58,331 nt of DNA. Origin: an uncultured Bacteroidales bacterium. Its GTDB lineage: Bacteria > Bacillota_I > Bacilli_A > ML615J-28 > CAG-698. The DNA lies in NCBI GenBank assembly GCA_964516425.1, contig CAZFAM010000006.1, positions 1 through 58,331 on the forward strand, in the 5' to 3' direction. Under the pieces are notes generated by a model. That model had not been told where the DNA came from and did no database searches. It saw only the letters and a program-made list of their open reading frames with translations. Made by a program: the position numbers and the translations under genes. Below, piece after piece: positions 20,821-30,711 of this stretch; the stretch's first letter is position 1, and each line of letters begins with the position of its first letter.

Positions 20821-21822
20821 ATGACAACAACAGAAATTATTTCTTTAATCGTTACGTTTGTTGGTGTATTTAGTTTCGCTGCAATATTTACGATATTGTA
20901 TAAATCATATGCAACATCGCAAATAAGTGAAATTAAAACAGGTAAAAAAGATATTGAAATCATTGATGAAATGGTTTATGAAAATCAGACACATGTTAAA
21001 AGAAGAAGAAAAATATTTAAAATTATTAAAAATATATTTTTCTATTTATTGTTAATAATAGTAATTCCTTTATTTGTATTCTCATTAATTAATCGTTTTT
21101 CAGGAAATGTATTAATGATTAATAACAAAGCTATTATGGTAGTAGCTTCTGGATCAATGAGTGAACAAAATGAAGAAAATGAATATTTATTCACAAATAA
21201 TCTTAATAATCAATTTCAAAAATATGATATTATCATACTTGAAAAAGTGAATGATTCAAGTGAACTTTCCTTATATGATGTTATCGCATATCGTAATGAT
21301 GAAGAAATAAATGTTATACATAGAATAATAAAAATTAATAGTCAAAATTATGAAACTCGTGGTGACGCCAATAATGCAACCGACAAGTACCATCCTGAAT
21401 TTACTGATGTCATTGGTAAATATACAGGAAAAAAACTTGAAGGAATAGGAATGTTTATAATGTTCTTGCAATCATATGCTGGTATCATCACGATTTTTTC
21501 ACTTTTATATTGCATGTTTATGATTGATTCTATTACTAATAAAATCAATAAAGTACAAGAAAATAGAGCAAACATCCTAGCTGAAGCAATTGATTATAAA
21601 GATGATATTGGCAAGCATGCTTTAAAAGCAGAGTATAGCGAAACAATATTTTACAAAGGTTATGCATATACATTTAATGAAGAAGGTTTTATTGAAAAAA
21701 CTGAAATAACCAATACAGAATATTTAAATAAATCAAATGATATTTTAATTAAAGAAGTAAAACATAATGATGAAATTACTTCTGATGAAATAATCATTAA
21801 AAAGGAAGAAAAAAATGATTAA
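20821..21822 (+). CDS. signal peptidase I, SipW/archaeal type (S26B)
   Basis: VVASGSM (Ser), VIHRI (His rather than Lys), TRGDAN; flanking TM helices. Confidence 0.9.
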   Translation: MTTTEIISLIVTFVGVFSFAAIFTILYKSYATSQISEIKTGKKDIEIIDEMVYENQTHVKRRRKIFKIIKNIFFYLLLIIVIPLFVFSLINRFSGNVLMINNKAIMVVASGSMSEQNEENEYLFTNNLNNQFQKYDIIILEKVNDSSELSLYDVIAYRNDEEINVIHRIIKINSQNYETRGDANNATDKYHPEFTDVIGKYTGKKLEGIGMFIMFLQSYAGIITIFSLLYCMFMIDSITNKINKVQENRANILAEAIDYKDDIGKHALKAEYSETIFYKGYAYTFNEEGFIEKTEITNTEYLNKSNDILIKEVKHNDEITSDEIIIKKEEKND

Positions 21823-23602
21823 ACCATACTTTACAAGAAAAAATTTAATAAAATTATCACTTGCGTTCTTTTATTCATTTGTTTTGTTTTTCACAGGCTT
21901 ATGTTTAGAAGGAACACATACTTATGTTAGTAAGAAAAATCCTATTGCATTAGTTGCGAAAGCATTGAATTTTAAAACAATTAATCCCGGAACTTCAGGA
22001 TTTGCATGTTTAATATTAGTGGCAATATATGTAAGTGTATTTGTGGGAGTGTTTTTATACGAAAAACAATATGCAAAAGTTAGTAATAAAAAACCATATA
22101 GCATAAAAATGCTTATAACATATTTATTGTCATTTATGGTTTGTGTGGTATTATCTCTTGGTGTTGGTATTTTAATTCAAAGCCCTTTATCAAGTGAAAA
22201 TATAGGAAATATATTAACATTCATATGGCAATGCATAATGATGGCAACGTGTATTTATGCAGTATTATTTGCTTTTATCGGTGGATTATTAATGTTTATT
22301 GTTAACTATATTTTAGTAGATAAACCATTTAGAGGATTAGAACCACAAGAAATTCCAGAATTTGATGATGACGATATAATAAATGATGTCACTGCTAATT
22401 TTGATGCAACTGATACTAAAATTACTGGTACAGCAAGTGCACAGGGAATTGTGAGTGGTGAGGCTACCCAAGGTGTTGTAAGACAAACAGAAAAACTAGA
22501 TGATAGATCAAAAGTATTTCCCGCATTATATTCTATTGATGAAGAGTATAATGGATATGAAGTTGAGCAAGTTGAAACAGATGATATTACTTTAGAAGAA
22601 TTATGTGAAAAGTTTAGAAACTTTTTAGCAAAATCAGAAAAATTATATTTTGATATTGATGTTATAAGATATTTTATTAGTGGATTTGGTACAACACATT
22701 TCACGATTCTTGAAGGTTTGTCTGGAACTGGTAAATCAAGTTTGCCAAGATACTTTGCTAAGTTTATTAACGCTAATTGTTTATTTGTACCTGTACAAGC
22801 AACATGGCGAGATAAAACAAATTTAATCGGATACTTTAGTGATTTCTCAAAATCATATTCTGAAACAGATTTCTTAACTACACTTTATAGTGCTAATTAT
22901 AATCCTGATCGTATTTATTTCTTTGTACTAGATGAAATGAATATCTCACGTGTTGAATATTATTTTGCGGATTTCTTATCAGTATTAGAATATCCAGAAG
23001 CAGAATGGAAAATTCGTGTAATGCAATTACCATATGAATTTATTCCACCAGTAAAATTAAATCAAGGATTAATACAAATACCTAATAACTCATTCTTTGT
23101 TGGTACCGCAAATAAGGATGATTCCACATTTACAATTACCGATAAAGTATATGACCGTGCTATTACTATTGATTTTGATGAGCGAAATCAACCATTTAAA
23201 GTAGAAGGCAATGTAGAAACAATTAACTTAAGCAATTCTAAATTACAGTCTTTATATAAAGATGCAAAAGAAAATGAAGCATATCAATTATCTAGTAAAG
23301 ATATGATGCAATTTGAAAAAATTACAAACTTTATTAAAGAACAATTTGATATTACATTTGGTAACCGTATTTTAACACAAATTGAAAATATCGTTCCAAT
23401 TTATGTTGCATGTGGTGGTAAAAAAGAAGAAGCTTTAGACTTTATTTTATCAAGAAAAGTTATAAGTAAAATCGAAGGTCGTTTTGAAGATTATGTTAAA
23501 AATGCATTAAAAGATTTATTAACATTAATTAATAAAACATATGGAGAACATACATTAAAACGTTGTGAACAAACAATAAACAGTATTTTAAGAAGGTTAT
23601 AA
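21815..23602 (+). CDS. McrB-family AAA+ GTPase with N-terminal transmembrane helices
   Basis: GLSGTGKS, FVLDEMNISRVEYYFADFLS, GTANKDD (NxxD), KVYDRA; about 4 hydrophobic helices in residues 12-165. Confidence 0.85.
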   Translation: MIKPYFTRKNLIKLSLAFFYSFVLFFTGLCLEGTHTYVSKKNPIALVAKALNFKTINPGTSGFACLILVAIYVSVFVGVFLYEKQYAKVSNKKPYSIKMLITYLLSFMVCVVLSLGVGILIQSPLSSENIGNILTFIWQCIMMATCIYAVLFAFIGGLLMFIVNYILVDKPFRGLEPQEIPEFDDDDIINDVTANFDATDTKITGTASAQGIVSGEATQGVVRQTEKLDDRSKVFPALYSIDEEYNGYEVEQVETDDITLEELCEKFRNFLAKSEKLYFDIDVIRYFISGFGTTHFTILEGLSGTGKSSLPRYFAKFINANCLFVPVQATWRDKTNLIGYFSDFSKSYSETDFLTTLYSANYNPDRIYFFVLDEMNISRVEYYFADFLSVLEYPEAEWKIRVMQLPYEFIPPVKLNQGLIQIPNNSFFVGTANKDDSTFTITDKVYDRAITIDFDERNQPFKVEGNVETINLSNSKLQSLYKDAKENEAYQLSSKDMMQFEKITNFIKEQFDITFGNRILTQIENIVPIYVACGGKKEEALDFILSRKVISKIEGRFEDYVKNALKDLLTLINKTYGEHTLKRCEQTINSILRRL

Positions 23603-23605
23603 AAT

Positions 23606-24847
23606 ATGAGAATCATCGAAGAACAACGACTTAAGGATATTATTAATGTCATTAATAATAATTTGAGTAAGTCGAAAACAATTATTTCTTTTTATAATAA
23701 TATTCATAAAATCAAAATTGATTCAATACAAGAATTATCATATGAAAAGAATAAACAATTCTTCGATGATATTTCATTTGTGCTAGATGCTATAATTGCT
23801 ATTATTGCTAAACCGCATATATCAAATAAAACGGAAGATATAATAATGAGAAGTGATATAGCGGGACACATTTCTAATGAAGCCTTCCAAATGACGTTTA
23901 AGGAACCGTCTTTATGGAAAGAAAAAGAATTAGAAATGGTCCCAGAATATGTGCATCATATTCAATATATTGATGATATAAGAATTTATGAAAATATATT
24001 TATTGGTTTAGTTATCGATTTATTAGATACGGAAATAACATTATTTCTAGATAACTTTGAATCACGAATTCCATCAATTGAAGATACATCATTAATAATT
24101 TATGAAAATATAAAGTTGGAAGAGTTATTAAACTACGCTAAAAAACTAAATCGAAAAATTAAATATATTAAGCAGACTCACTTTTATAAAGAAGTCTCAA
24201 AACAAAGTTTAAAGGGGAAAACAATTATTCCCACAAACATATTAACAAAAGATAGATTATATAATTATTGTTTTAAATTTTATAAAAAATTCATACAGTA
24301 TAATAACATTGAAAATTTACTTACAGATTTGAAATTATATTATAAAACAATTATATTACAAATCTTTAAGGAAAAGAAAATATTATTAGATCAATCCAAA
24401 GAACAAGATAGTGAAAATCTAAATTTTATATACAATGATTTTAAAATTAATTTAAATACAAAAAATGATTATATCGCTTTAACAATTACTTTAAAGAAAA
24501 ATAAAACAGTCACTTATTTATATATTGATGCTAGTGAAGAAGAACAAAATAATATTATATATGGTGATGATACATTATTAGTGAAATTATTTAATATTAT
24601 TGATTTAGAATCTAATAAGCCAATATATAAGAATTCACAAACTGAAAAAATAATGTTTAGAAATATTATTGAAGATAAAACAAAATATTACAAAGCAAAA
24701 AAAGAACTATATTCAACATATTGCCCAGTATGCAAATCGAAAAATATTTCTATAACAAATACTTTATATAAATGTGAAGATTGTAATTGTGAATATGTAT
24801 TTAAAGATAAAAGTACTATATGGTTCAAGAATATGAGGAGGATATAA
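23606..24847 (+). CDS. DUF2357-like (McrC N-terminal-like) protein with C-terminal zinc ribbon
   Basis: IYENIFI and PTNILTKDRLY motifs; follows the McrB-like gene; C-terminal CPVC...CEDC. Confidence 0.65.
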   Translation: MRIIEEQRLKDIINVINNNLSKSKTIISFYNNIHKIKIDSIQELSYEKNKQFFDDISFVLDAIIAIIAKPHISNKTEDIIMRSDIAGHISNEAFQMTFKEPSLWKEKELEMVPEYVHHIQYIDDIRIYENIFIGLVIDLLDTEITLFLDNFESRIPSIEDTSLIIYENIKLEELLNYAKKLNRKIKYIKQTHFYKEVSKQSLKGKTIIPTNILTKDRLYNYCFKFYKKFIQYNNIENLLTDLKLYYKTIILQIFKEKKILLDQSKEQDSENLNFIYNDFKINLNTKNDYIALTITLKKNKTVTYLYIDASEEEQNNIIYGDDTLLVKLFNIIDLESNKPIYKNSQTEKIMFRNIIEDKTKYYKAKKELYSTYCPVCKSKNISITNTLYKCEDCNCEYVFKDKSTIWFKNMRRI

Positions 24848-25600
24848 GTGGAAGATAAAATTAATCAAGAAGAAATCATAATTCCTTCTATCAAAATTGA
24901 GAACCTATATAAATCATATGGCAAAAAGAAAGTATTAAAAGGATTAAATCTAGAAGTTTATAAAGGGGAAATGTTTGGATTTATTGGCCGTAATGGTATT
25001 GGTAAATCTACTACAATCGATTGTTTGATTGGTGCTAAAAAATTTGATAAAGGAAAAATATTAATTAATAATTTCGATATTGTTAAAAATCCGATTGAAG
25101 CTAAATATACATTCGGATATGTTGCTAGTGAACCAGCGTGTTATGATGAAATGACAGGATATGAATATTTAGAATTTGTAGCTAGTATTTATCATATAAG
25201 TGAAGGAGAATTTCAAAGAAATACGCAATATTTAAGTAAAAGATTAATGTTAAAAATGGAAGAACTTTCAAATCCCATTGCGGATTATTCACATGGTATG
25301 AAACAAAAATTATGTTTAATTGCCAGTTTATTACATAGTCCTAAAATATGGATTCTTGATGAACCAACTGTAGGACTTGATATTATGGCAGTTGAGGAAT
25401 TGAAAAAAATGATGCGTGAATATGCAAATCATGGCAATACAGTATTTGTAACAAGCCATAATATTGAATTAGTAGCAAAGATTTGCGACCGAGTTGCAAT
25501 CGTTAATGATGGAGAAATTAAAGAATCATTTGATCTTAATAAAAATCCTAATAAGAGATTGCAATTATCAAAAATCTTTCTTGATACATATGGCGGTTAA
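24848..25600 (+). CDS. ABC transporter ATP-binding protein
   Basis: GRNGIGKST, YSHGMKQK, ILDEPT, TSH. Confidence 0.95.
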   Translation: MEDKINQEEIIIPSIKIENLYKSYGKKKVLKGLNLEVYKGEMFGFIGRNGIGKSTTIDCLIGAKKFDKGKILINNFDIVKNPIEAKYTFGYVASEPACYDEMTGYEYLEFVASIYHISEGEFQRNTQYLSKRLMLKMEELSNPIADYSHGMKQKLCLIASLLHSPKIWILDEPTVGLDIMAVEELKKMMREYANHGNTVFVTSHNIELVAKICDRVAIVNDGEIKESFDLNKNPNKRLQLSKIFLDTYGG

Positions 25601-25602
25601 AA

Positions 25603-27195
25603 ATGTTAAATCTTTTAGTTAAAGATTTTAAACTTTTGTTTCATAGTGAAAAAAAATTGTCAACAAGAATTTTGTCCTTAGTCTTATCAACATTCTTTGT
25701 GGGATGCTTTGTGGCAATTGAAATATTTTTATTTTCTACCATTCTAACAAAGCTAGGAAGTTTTCATCAAGCACAAGATGCATTTACTAGTTTGTTTATT
25801 TCTATTGTTTCCATAATTTTAATCGTCTTTAATTTATTTAATGCGAATAAATTATTTTTTAATGAAAAAGATATTGAACAATTATCATGTCATCCGGTAA
25901 GTAATTCGGAAATAATATTATCTAAATTATTTTTCATGTTTTTAATCCATTGTTTTACAAGTTTGGTGTTTGTATATCCAATATTTATATCATATGGTAT
26001 TATTCAAGTAAGGTCAATTAGATTTTATTATTTAGGATTATTTTATCCATTATTATCTTTTTTATTTATTGGTGGAATGGCTTTAATATTAGTATATCCA
26101 TTTTGGTTGTTTAAAAAGTTTTTAAATCAAAAACTATTTATTAAATTTCTTTTTACAACAGCTGTATTTTTAGGATTTTCAATACTATATGCGAAGGTTT
26201 TAAATTTGTTTATTGAAATTGTTGCTGGTGGAAATATTAATCGATTACTAACTACAGAAACAATTGATTTAATTGTGGATCTGAAAAAATATCAGATTCC
26301 AATTAATTTCTTAACCGAAGTTTTTATGGAAAGCCATCAAAAATATTTATTCATTTATTTAATGATTGCGGGTGGAGTATTTATATTGGGACTTACAATT
26401 GTAATTTTCGCATTTAATTATGTGCGTAATATTTCACTTACTGCCCATCATAAAGTGAAAAAATATAGTTATAAAGTCTTAAATCCTAAAAAAGCATTAA
26501 TTAAAAAAGAATTTATTTTATTAACTAAAAATGCTTCTTATTCAACTACTTTTACCGCTTTAATTATTGTACAACCTTTATTACTATATTTAGTATTAAA
26601 AGCTTTAACTACCATTTTTAGAAGTGGTGTATTTGCATATTATATTTTATTACTTCCTTCATTTATTGAAGCATTATCTATTTTACTAATTATGATGTTT
26701 AGTTTAATTATTTCACAAGGTGCTTCAAGTTATATTGAAATGGAAGGAAAATCAATAAAGGTAAGTAAAACAATCCCTGTTTCACCTTTAACACAATTAT
26801 TAATTAAAGTTGGAATACCTTTTATTTTATCGGTTATATCATTAGTAGTATCAAGTATTATTCTTGTAGTTACAAAATGTATAAATATTAAAACATTTAT
26901 TTTTGGATTAATATTAACAATACTAGTATTAATGATTTTTAATACAACATCATTAAAAGAAGAATTGGCTGTACGTCATCATAAAGTACGTTCGACATTT
27001 CGTTCTTCACTTTGTTCATATTTATTACCATTAATGGTCTTTGTGGGTATAATAGTACTTTCATATATGAATGTTAATATTATTCTTACATATATTATTT
27101 TAAGTGTTTTATTAGCAGTAATTTTTATCCCAATTTCCTTACATATACGTAAAAATATAGATAATATGTTCTTGGAATTAGATATGGTGAATTAA
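25603..27195 (+). CDS. ABC-2-type multi-pass permease
   Basis: More than 10 hydrophobic helices in two repeated halves (LSCHPVS / SKTIPVS); adjacent to the ATPase. Confidence 0.8.
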   Translation: MLNLLVKDFKLLFHSEKKLSTRILSLVLSTFFVGCFVAIEIFLFSTILTKLGSFHQAQDAFTSLFISIVSIILIVFNLFNANKLFFNEKDIEQLSCHPVSNSEIILSKLFFMFLIHCFTSLVFVYPIFISYGIIQVRSIRFYYLGLFYPLLSFLFIGGMALILVYPFWLFKKFLNQKLFIKFLFTTAVFLGFSILYAKVLNLFIEIVAGGNINRLLTTETIDLIVDLKKYQIPINFLTEVFMESHQKYLFIYLMIAGGVFILGLTIVIFAFNYVRNISLTAHHKVKKYSYKVLNPKKALIKKEFILLTKNASYSTTFTALIIVQPLLLYLVLKALTTIFRSGVFAYYILLLPSFIEALSILLIMMFSLIISQGASSYIEMEGKSIKVSKTIPVSPLTQLLIKVGIPFILSVISLVVSSIILVVTKCINIKTFIFGLILTILVLMIFNTTSLKEELAVRHHKVRSTFRSSLCSYLLPLMVFVGIIVLSYMNVNIILTYIILSVLLAVIFIPISLHIRKNIDNMFLELDMVN

Positions 27196-29583
27196 ATGAA
27201 AAAGAAAAATTTAATAATTTTACTTTTAATCCCTTTTATTATTTCTTTATTAGGTGTTGTAACTATCAATTCCACATTTAATTTAATAGAAAATGATATT
27301 ATATCAATAAAATGGGATTATAAAGATATTGAAGCATTTAAAATTTCCGACACTAGTTATAAATTAGAGGCTGTAGGACTAAATCCTAAAAATGCTGAAA
27401 TAGGTGAAGGAAATGATTTAGTTTGGACACTTACAAATAAAAATAGTGAAGATGATACAGTGTATGCGGAAATTATAAATTCCAGTCAAGGTTATTATTT
27501 AAAAGCTTTAATTCCTGGGGAAGTAATTATTACATGTTCTAATCAAAAAGGAAATGTCTTTAAAAAAATGACAGGAATTATATATGCGGATAGTGTCATA
27601 ATAGTACAACCTAAAATTGCATCATCACAAAATAATATTGATGATGATATATATTATGGTTTATATGATTTGGATGGTGATATTAAGGTTAAAGCCGAGA
27701 TTGATTTAGATGTCACAATCATTCCAGAATCAATGAAAAGTCAAGTACAAGTCAAATATTCGACTGAAAATTTGAAAGTAGACCTAGAAGAAGAAAAAGT
27801 ATATATTTTAGATACAGGCGAAGCAAAATTCACTATTGGAAGTATAGTAGATGAAATTGTAACACCACTTACTTATGAGTTTATTGTTGTTGATGGGGTA
27901 AATTGTTATACATATAATGATTTATTAAATTGTACAAACTTTTCTAAAGATGGTGAAGTTGTTGTATTAAGAAAGAATTTTGAATCCCTAGATAATGTTG
28001 AATCGATGGCTTCTAGTAATGTGACATTATTTGGAAATTATGATGAGGGACAAAAATCTTTTACCTTTAGTGATGAAATTTATAAGTTTACCACAACTTA
28101 TAATAAAAATTATATTGATCAATGGAATGCTACAATTAAGAAAAATAATGGTACTGATTATATTGATGATAAAATTAAAGTTGGTTTGCATGTGCAAAAA
28201 GATGTATATGGCAATGGCTATACAATTAATATGCATAATTTAACTTATCCAACTGCTAAAATATCTTATGTTCAAAGTGATGGAACAACAATAGAAGTTC
28301 CTGAACTTGCATCCACAGATTTATTTAGAGGACCATTACCATTTTATGCTTTAGGTAATCCAAATAATATGCCCCTTGTTATGGCATATGGTCAAGATAA
28401 TATTGGAATGTATGTGGATGGAGATAATATTACAATTAATGATGTTAATTTAAAAAACTGTGATTTTGGAAGTATGTTAAGTAATTTAGAATATACAGGT
28501 ACCGTATTAGAAGTTAATGGTGACAATGTAACAATCGAAAATTCAAGATTACAAAATGGTAAAAATGTATTACGTTCTTTCTCATCTCAAAATTTAACAA
28601 TCAATAATTCATTATTATCAAATTCAAGAAATTTCTTAATTGAAACAGGAAGTAATGAATATATAAAAGTAAATGATGATAAAGTAGTCACATTTAAAGA
28701 TGCTAGCGGAAATGATGTATCATATACTATAAAAGAGTTTTTAAAAGAACAAGGAGTAGGAGATGACCTTTTAAATTCATATTTAATGGGTTCATTAACT
28801 GGACTAGCACAAGATGAATTACAAGTAATTCAAAATGCTTTACAAGCAATGCAAGAAGCATTGAATGATAGAAGTATAGATGGAATATTTAAAGGAAGTA
28901 TGACAATTAATGACACTTTCTTTTATCGCAGTGGAATATCATCAATTGCTATTAATTCAATGTTCAATGGTCCGTTTTTATATTCTAGCGTACCATCCCA
29001 AATTAAAACATTACTTTCAATGTTTGAACAAGGTGGAGTATCATTTGGTGATTTTGAATTTGAAAACTTAGCAGGAATGTCATATCCTGTAAGTGTTGAA
29101 ATAAGTGGTAACACAAAATTCTATGATTACAAAAAAATAAGTGAATTAGATATATCGGGGCTTATTAGAGAAAATATGTCTACAATCCTTCATGATCTTG
29201 TGGCAAGTTCAGGAATTGAAATGAATATTGATACAATATTCCCAATTAAATCCTTTTTACAAGCTGAAGCAACTAATACAGGATGTATATATGATGGAGA
29301 ATATATTAATATTCCCGTTGCTTATTATGGAGGCGGTTTGAATTTATCAACTGTTACTTATAATAATTTAGAAAAGAGTGAAGAATTAGGTCAAGACATT
29401 GAGATTGATTTATTTGATAGATATGCTACACTTGAAGGATATCGAGCTATTGGATTACGAGCTGTTACGATAGTTACAGGTTATGATCCATTTAAGTTTG
29501 TGTGTCTAAAAAATAATGGTTATTTATTTAATGAATCGCCAAATGTTTCAGATTTGATTTTAAATGCAAAAGGAGGTAAATAG
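27196..29583 (+). CDS. large secreted or membrane-anchored protein (Ig-like and possible beta-helix regions)
   Basis: N-terminal hydrophobic anchor; VYGNGYTI and repeated xNxTIxNS beta-helix-like turns. Confidence 0.65.
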   Translation: MKKKNLIILLLIPFIISLLGVVTINSTFNLIENDIISIKWDYKDIEAFKISDTSYKLEAVGLNPKNAEIGEGNDLVWTLTNKNSEDDTVYAEIINSSQGYYLKALIPGEVIITCSNQKGNVFKKMTGIIYADSVIIVQPKIASSQNNIDDDIYYGLYDLDGDIKVKAEIDLDVTIIPESMKSQVQVKYSTENLKVDLEEEKVYILDTGEAKFTIGSIVDEIVTPLTYEFIVVDGVNCYTYNDLLNCTNFSKDGEVVVLRKNFESLDNVESMASSNVTLFGNYDEGQKSFTFSDEIYKFTTTYNKNYIDQWNATIKKNNGTDYIDDKIKVGLHVQKDVYGNGYTINMHNLTYPTAKISYVQSDGTTIEVPELASTDLFRGPLPFYALGNPNNMPLVMAYGQDNIGMYVDGDNITINDVNLKNCDFGSMLSNLEYTGTVLEVNGDNVTIENSRLQNGKNVLRSFSSQNLTINNSLLSNSRNFLIETGSNEYIKVNDDKVVTFKDASGNDVSYTIKEFLKEQGVGDDLLNSYLMGSLTGLAQDELQVIQNALQAMQEALNDRSIDGIFKGSMTINDTFFYRSGISSIAINSMFNGPFLYSSVPSQIKTLLSMFEQGGVSFGDFEFENLAGMSYPVSVEISGNTKFYDYKKISELDISGLIRENMSTILHDLVASSGIEMNIDTIFPIKSFLQAEATNTGCIYDGEYINIPVAYYGGGLNLSTVTYNNLEKSEELGQDIEIDLFDRYATLEGYRAIGLRAVTIVTGYDPFKFVCLKNNGYLFNESPNVSDLILNAKGGK

Positions 29584-29586
29584 ATT

Positions 29587-30669
29587 ATGAAAAAAATCAT
29601 AATGTTATTAATGATATTGATTGCGGGTATTAGTCTCACTGGATGTTCTTTTTTCGAAGAAGAAATTTTAGAAATTGTGGCAATCGATTATGAATTACAA
29701 GATGATGGTCAAACAAAAATTACAATTACATATTCTGATGAAGATCGCCTTCCTGATGTGTTTTATATTCCTCGTGGTTTAGAAGGTAATGGTATTAAAT
29801 CAATTGTTACAAGTGATAACAAGGAAACTGATTCTAAGACTTTAACAATTACTTATACTGATGAATCAAGAGATCCTATAATTTTTGATTTAAATAATGG
29901 TACATCGATTGTGGGTGTATCCACAATTGAAGAAGATGATCAAACATATATGGTTATTAATTATAGTAATAATACCAAATCTGATCCTATTCCCTTAGTA
30001 AAAGGTGAAAAAGGAGATAAAGGTGATGATGGAAATGCCTTTAAAGATTGCACAATTGAAACACAAGAAGATAAGAGTACAATCATAACATTTACATTTA
30101 CTAAGTCAGAAGATGTTGTAATTACAATTCCAGCCCCTGAACAAGGTAACGGTGTTAGCTCAATGATTGCTAGTGAAGAAAGTGGTTTGTATGTTATTAC
30201 TGTAAATTATACAGATGGAACAAAAGATACATTAAAGTTTTCTAAACCTTCAGACCCTAATAAATGGTATAGTGGCCATGGAAAACCTGACAATAAAGAA
30301 TTAGGTAAAAATGGTGATTATTATTTTGATCTTTCTCATAAAGTAATTTATTTGAAAGAAAATGGTATATGGGTTTCTATTGTGAGTTTTGAGGATAATA
30401 ATGAAATTTATTATATTACTTTTAATTTAAATGATGATGATAGTGATGTGAAAGCTAGTATGAGTGGTCCATATAATTGGCCTGTTTATAGAAATACATA
30501 TTTTACAGATAATGGATATGATGCTATTCCTGTTCCAACAAGAGAAGGATATACATTTAAAGGTTGGTATAGAAGTAAAGTTGTTTCTGTAACATCTAGT
30601 CCATTTACTGATTTTACACCTATATTATCTGATTTAATTTTATATGCTCACTGGGAAAAAAATGAGTAA
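29587..30669 (+). CDS. lipoprotein with short collagen-like triplets and a C-terminal Listeria-Bacteroides (InlB B) repeat
   Basis: Lipobox LTGC; GEKGDKGDDG; PTREGYTFKGWY...LYAHWE. Confidence 0.8.
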   Translation: MKKIIMLLMILIAGISLTGCSFFEEEILEIVAIDYELQDDGQTKITITYSDEDRLPDVFYIPRGLEGNGIKSIVTSDNKETDSKTLTITYTDESRDPIIFDLNNGTSIVGVSTIEEDDQTYMVINYSNNTKSDPIPLVKGEKGDKGDDGNAFKDCTIETQEDKSTIITFTFTKSEDVVITIPAPEQGNGVSSMIASEESGLYVITVNYTDGTKDTLKFSKPSDPNKWYSGHGKPDNKELGKNGDYYFDLSHKVIYLKENGIWVSIVSFEDNNEIYYITFNLNDDDSDVKASMSGPYNWPVYRNTYFTDNGYDAIPVPTREGYTFKGWYRSKVVSVTSSPFTDFTPILSDLILYAHWEKNE

Positions 30670-30672
30670 AAT

Positions 30673-30709
30673 AAAAGTCTTAATTTCGTGTTTGAAATTA
30701 AGACTTTTT
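30673..30709. terminator. bidirectional terminator between convergent genes
   Basis: Perfect 15-bp stem AAAAGTCTTAATTTC/GAAATTAAGACTTTT. Confidence 0.85.
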
Positions 30710-30711
30710 CT

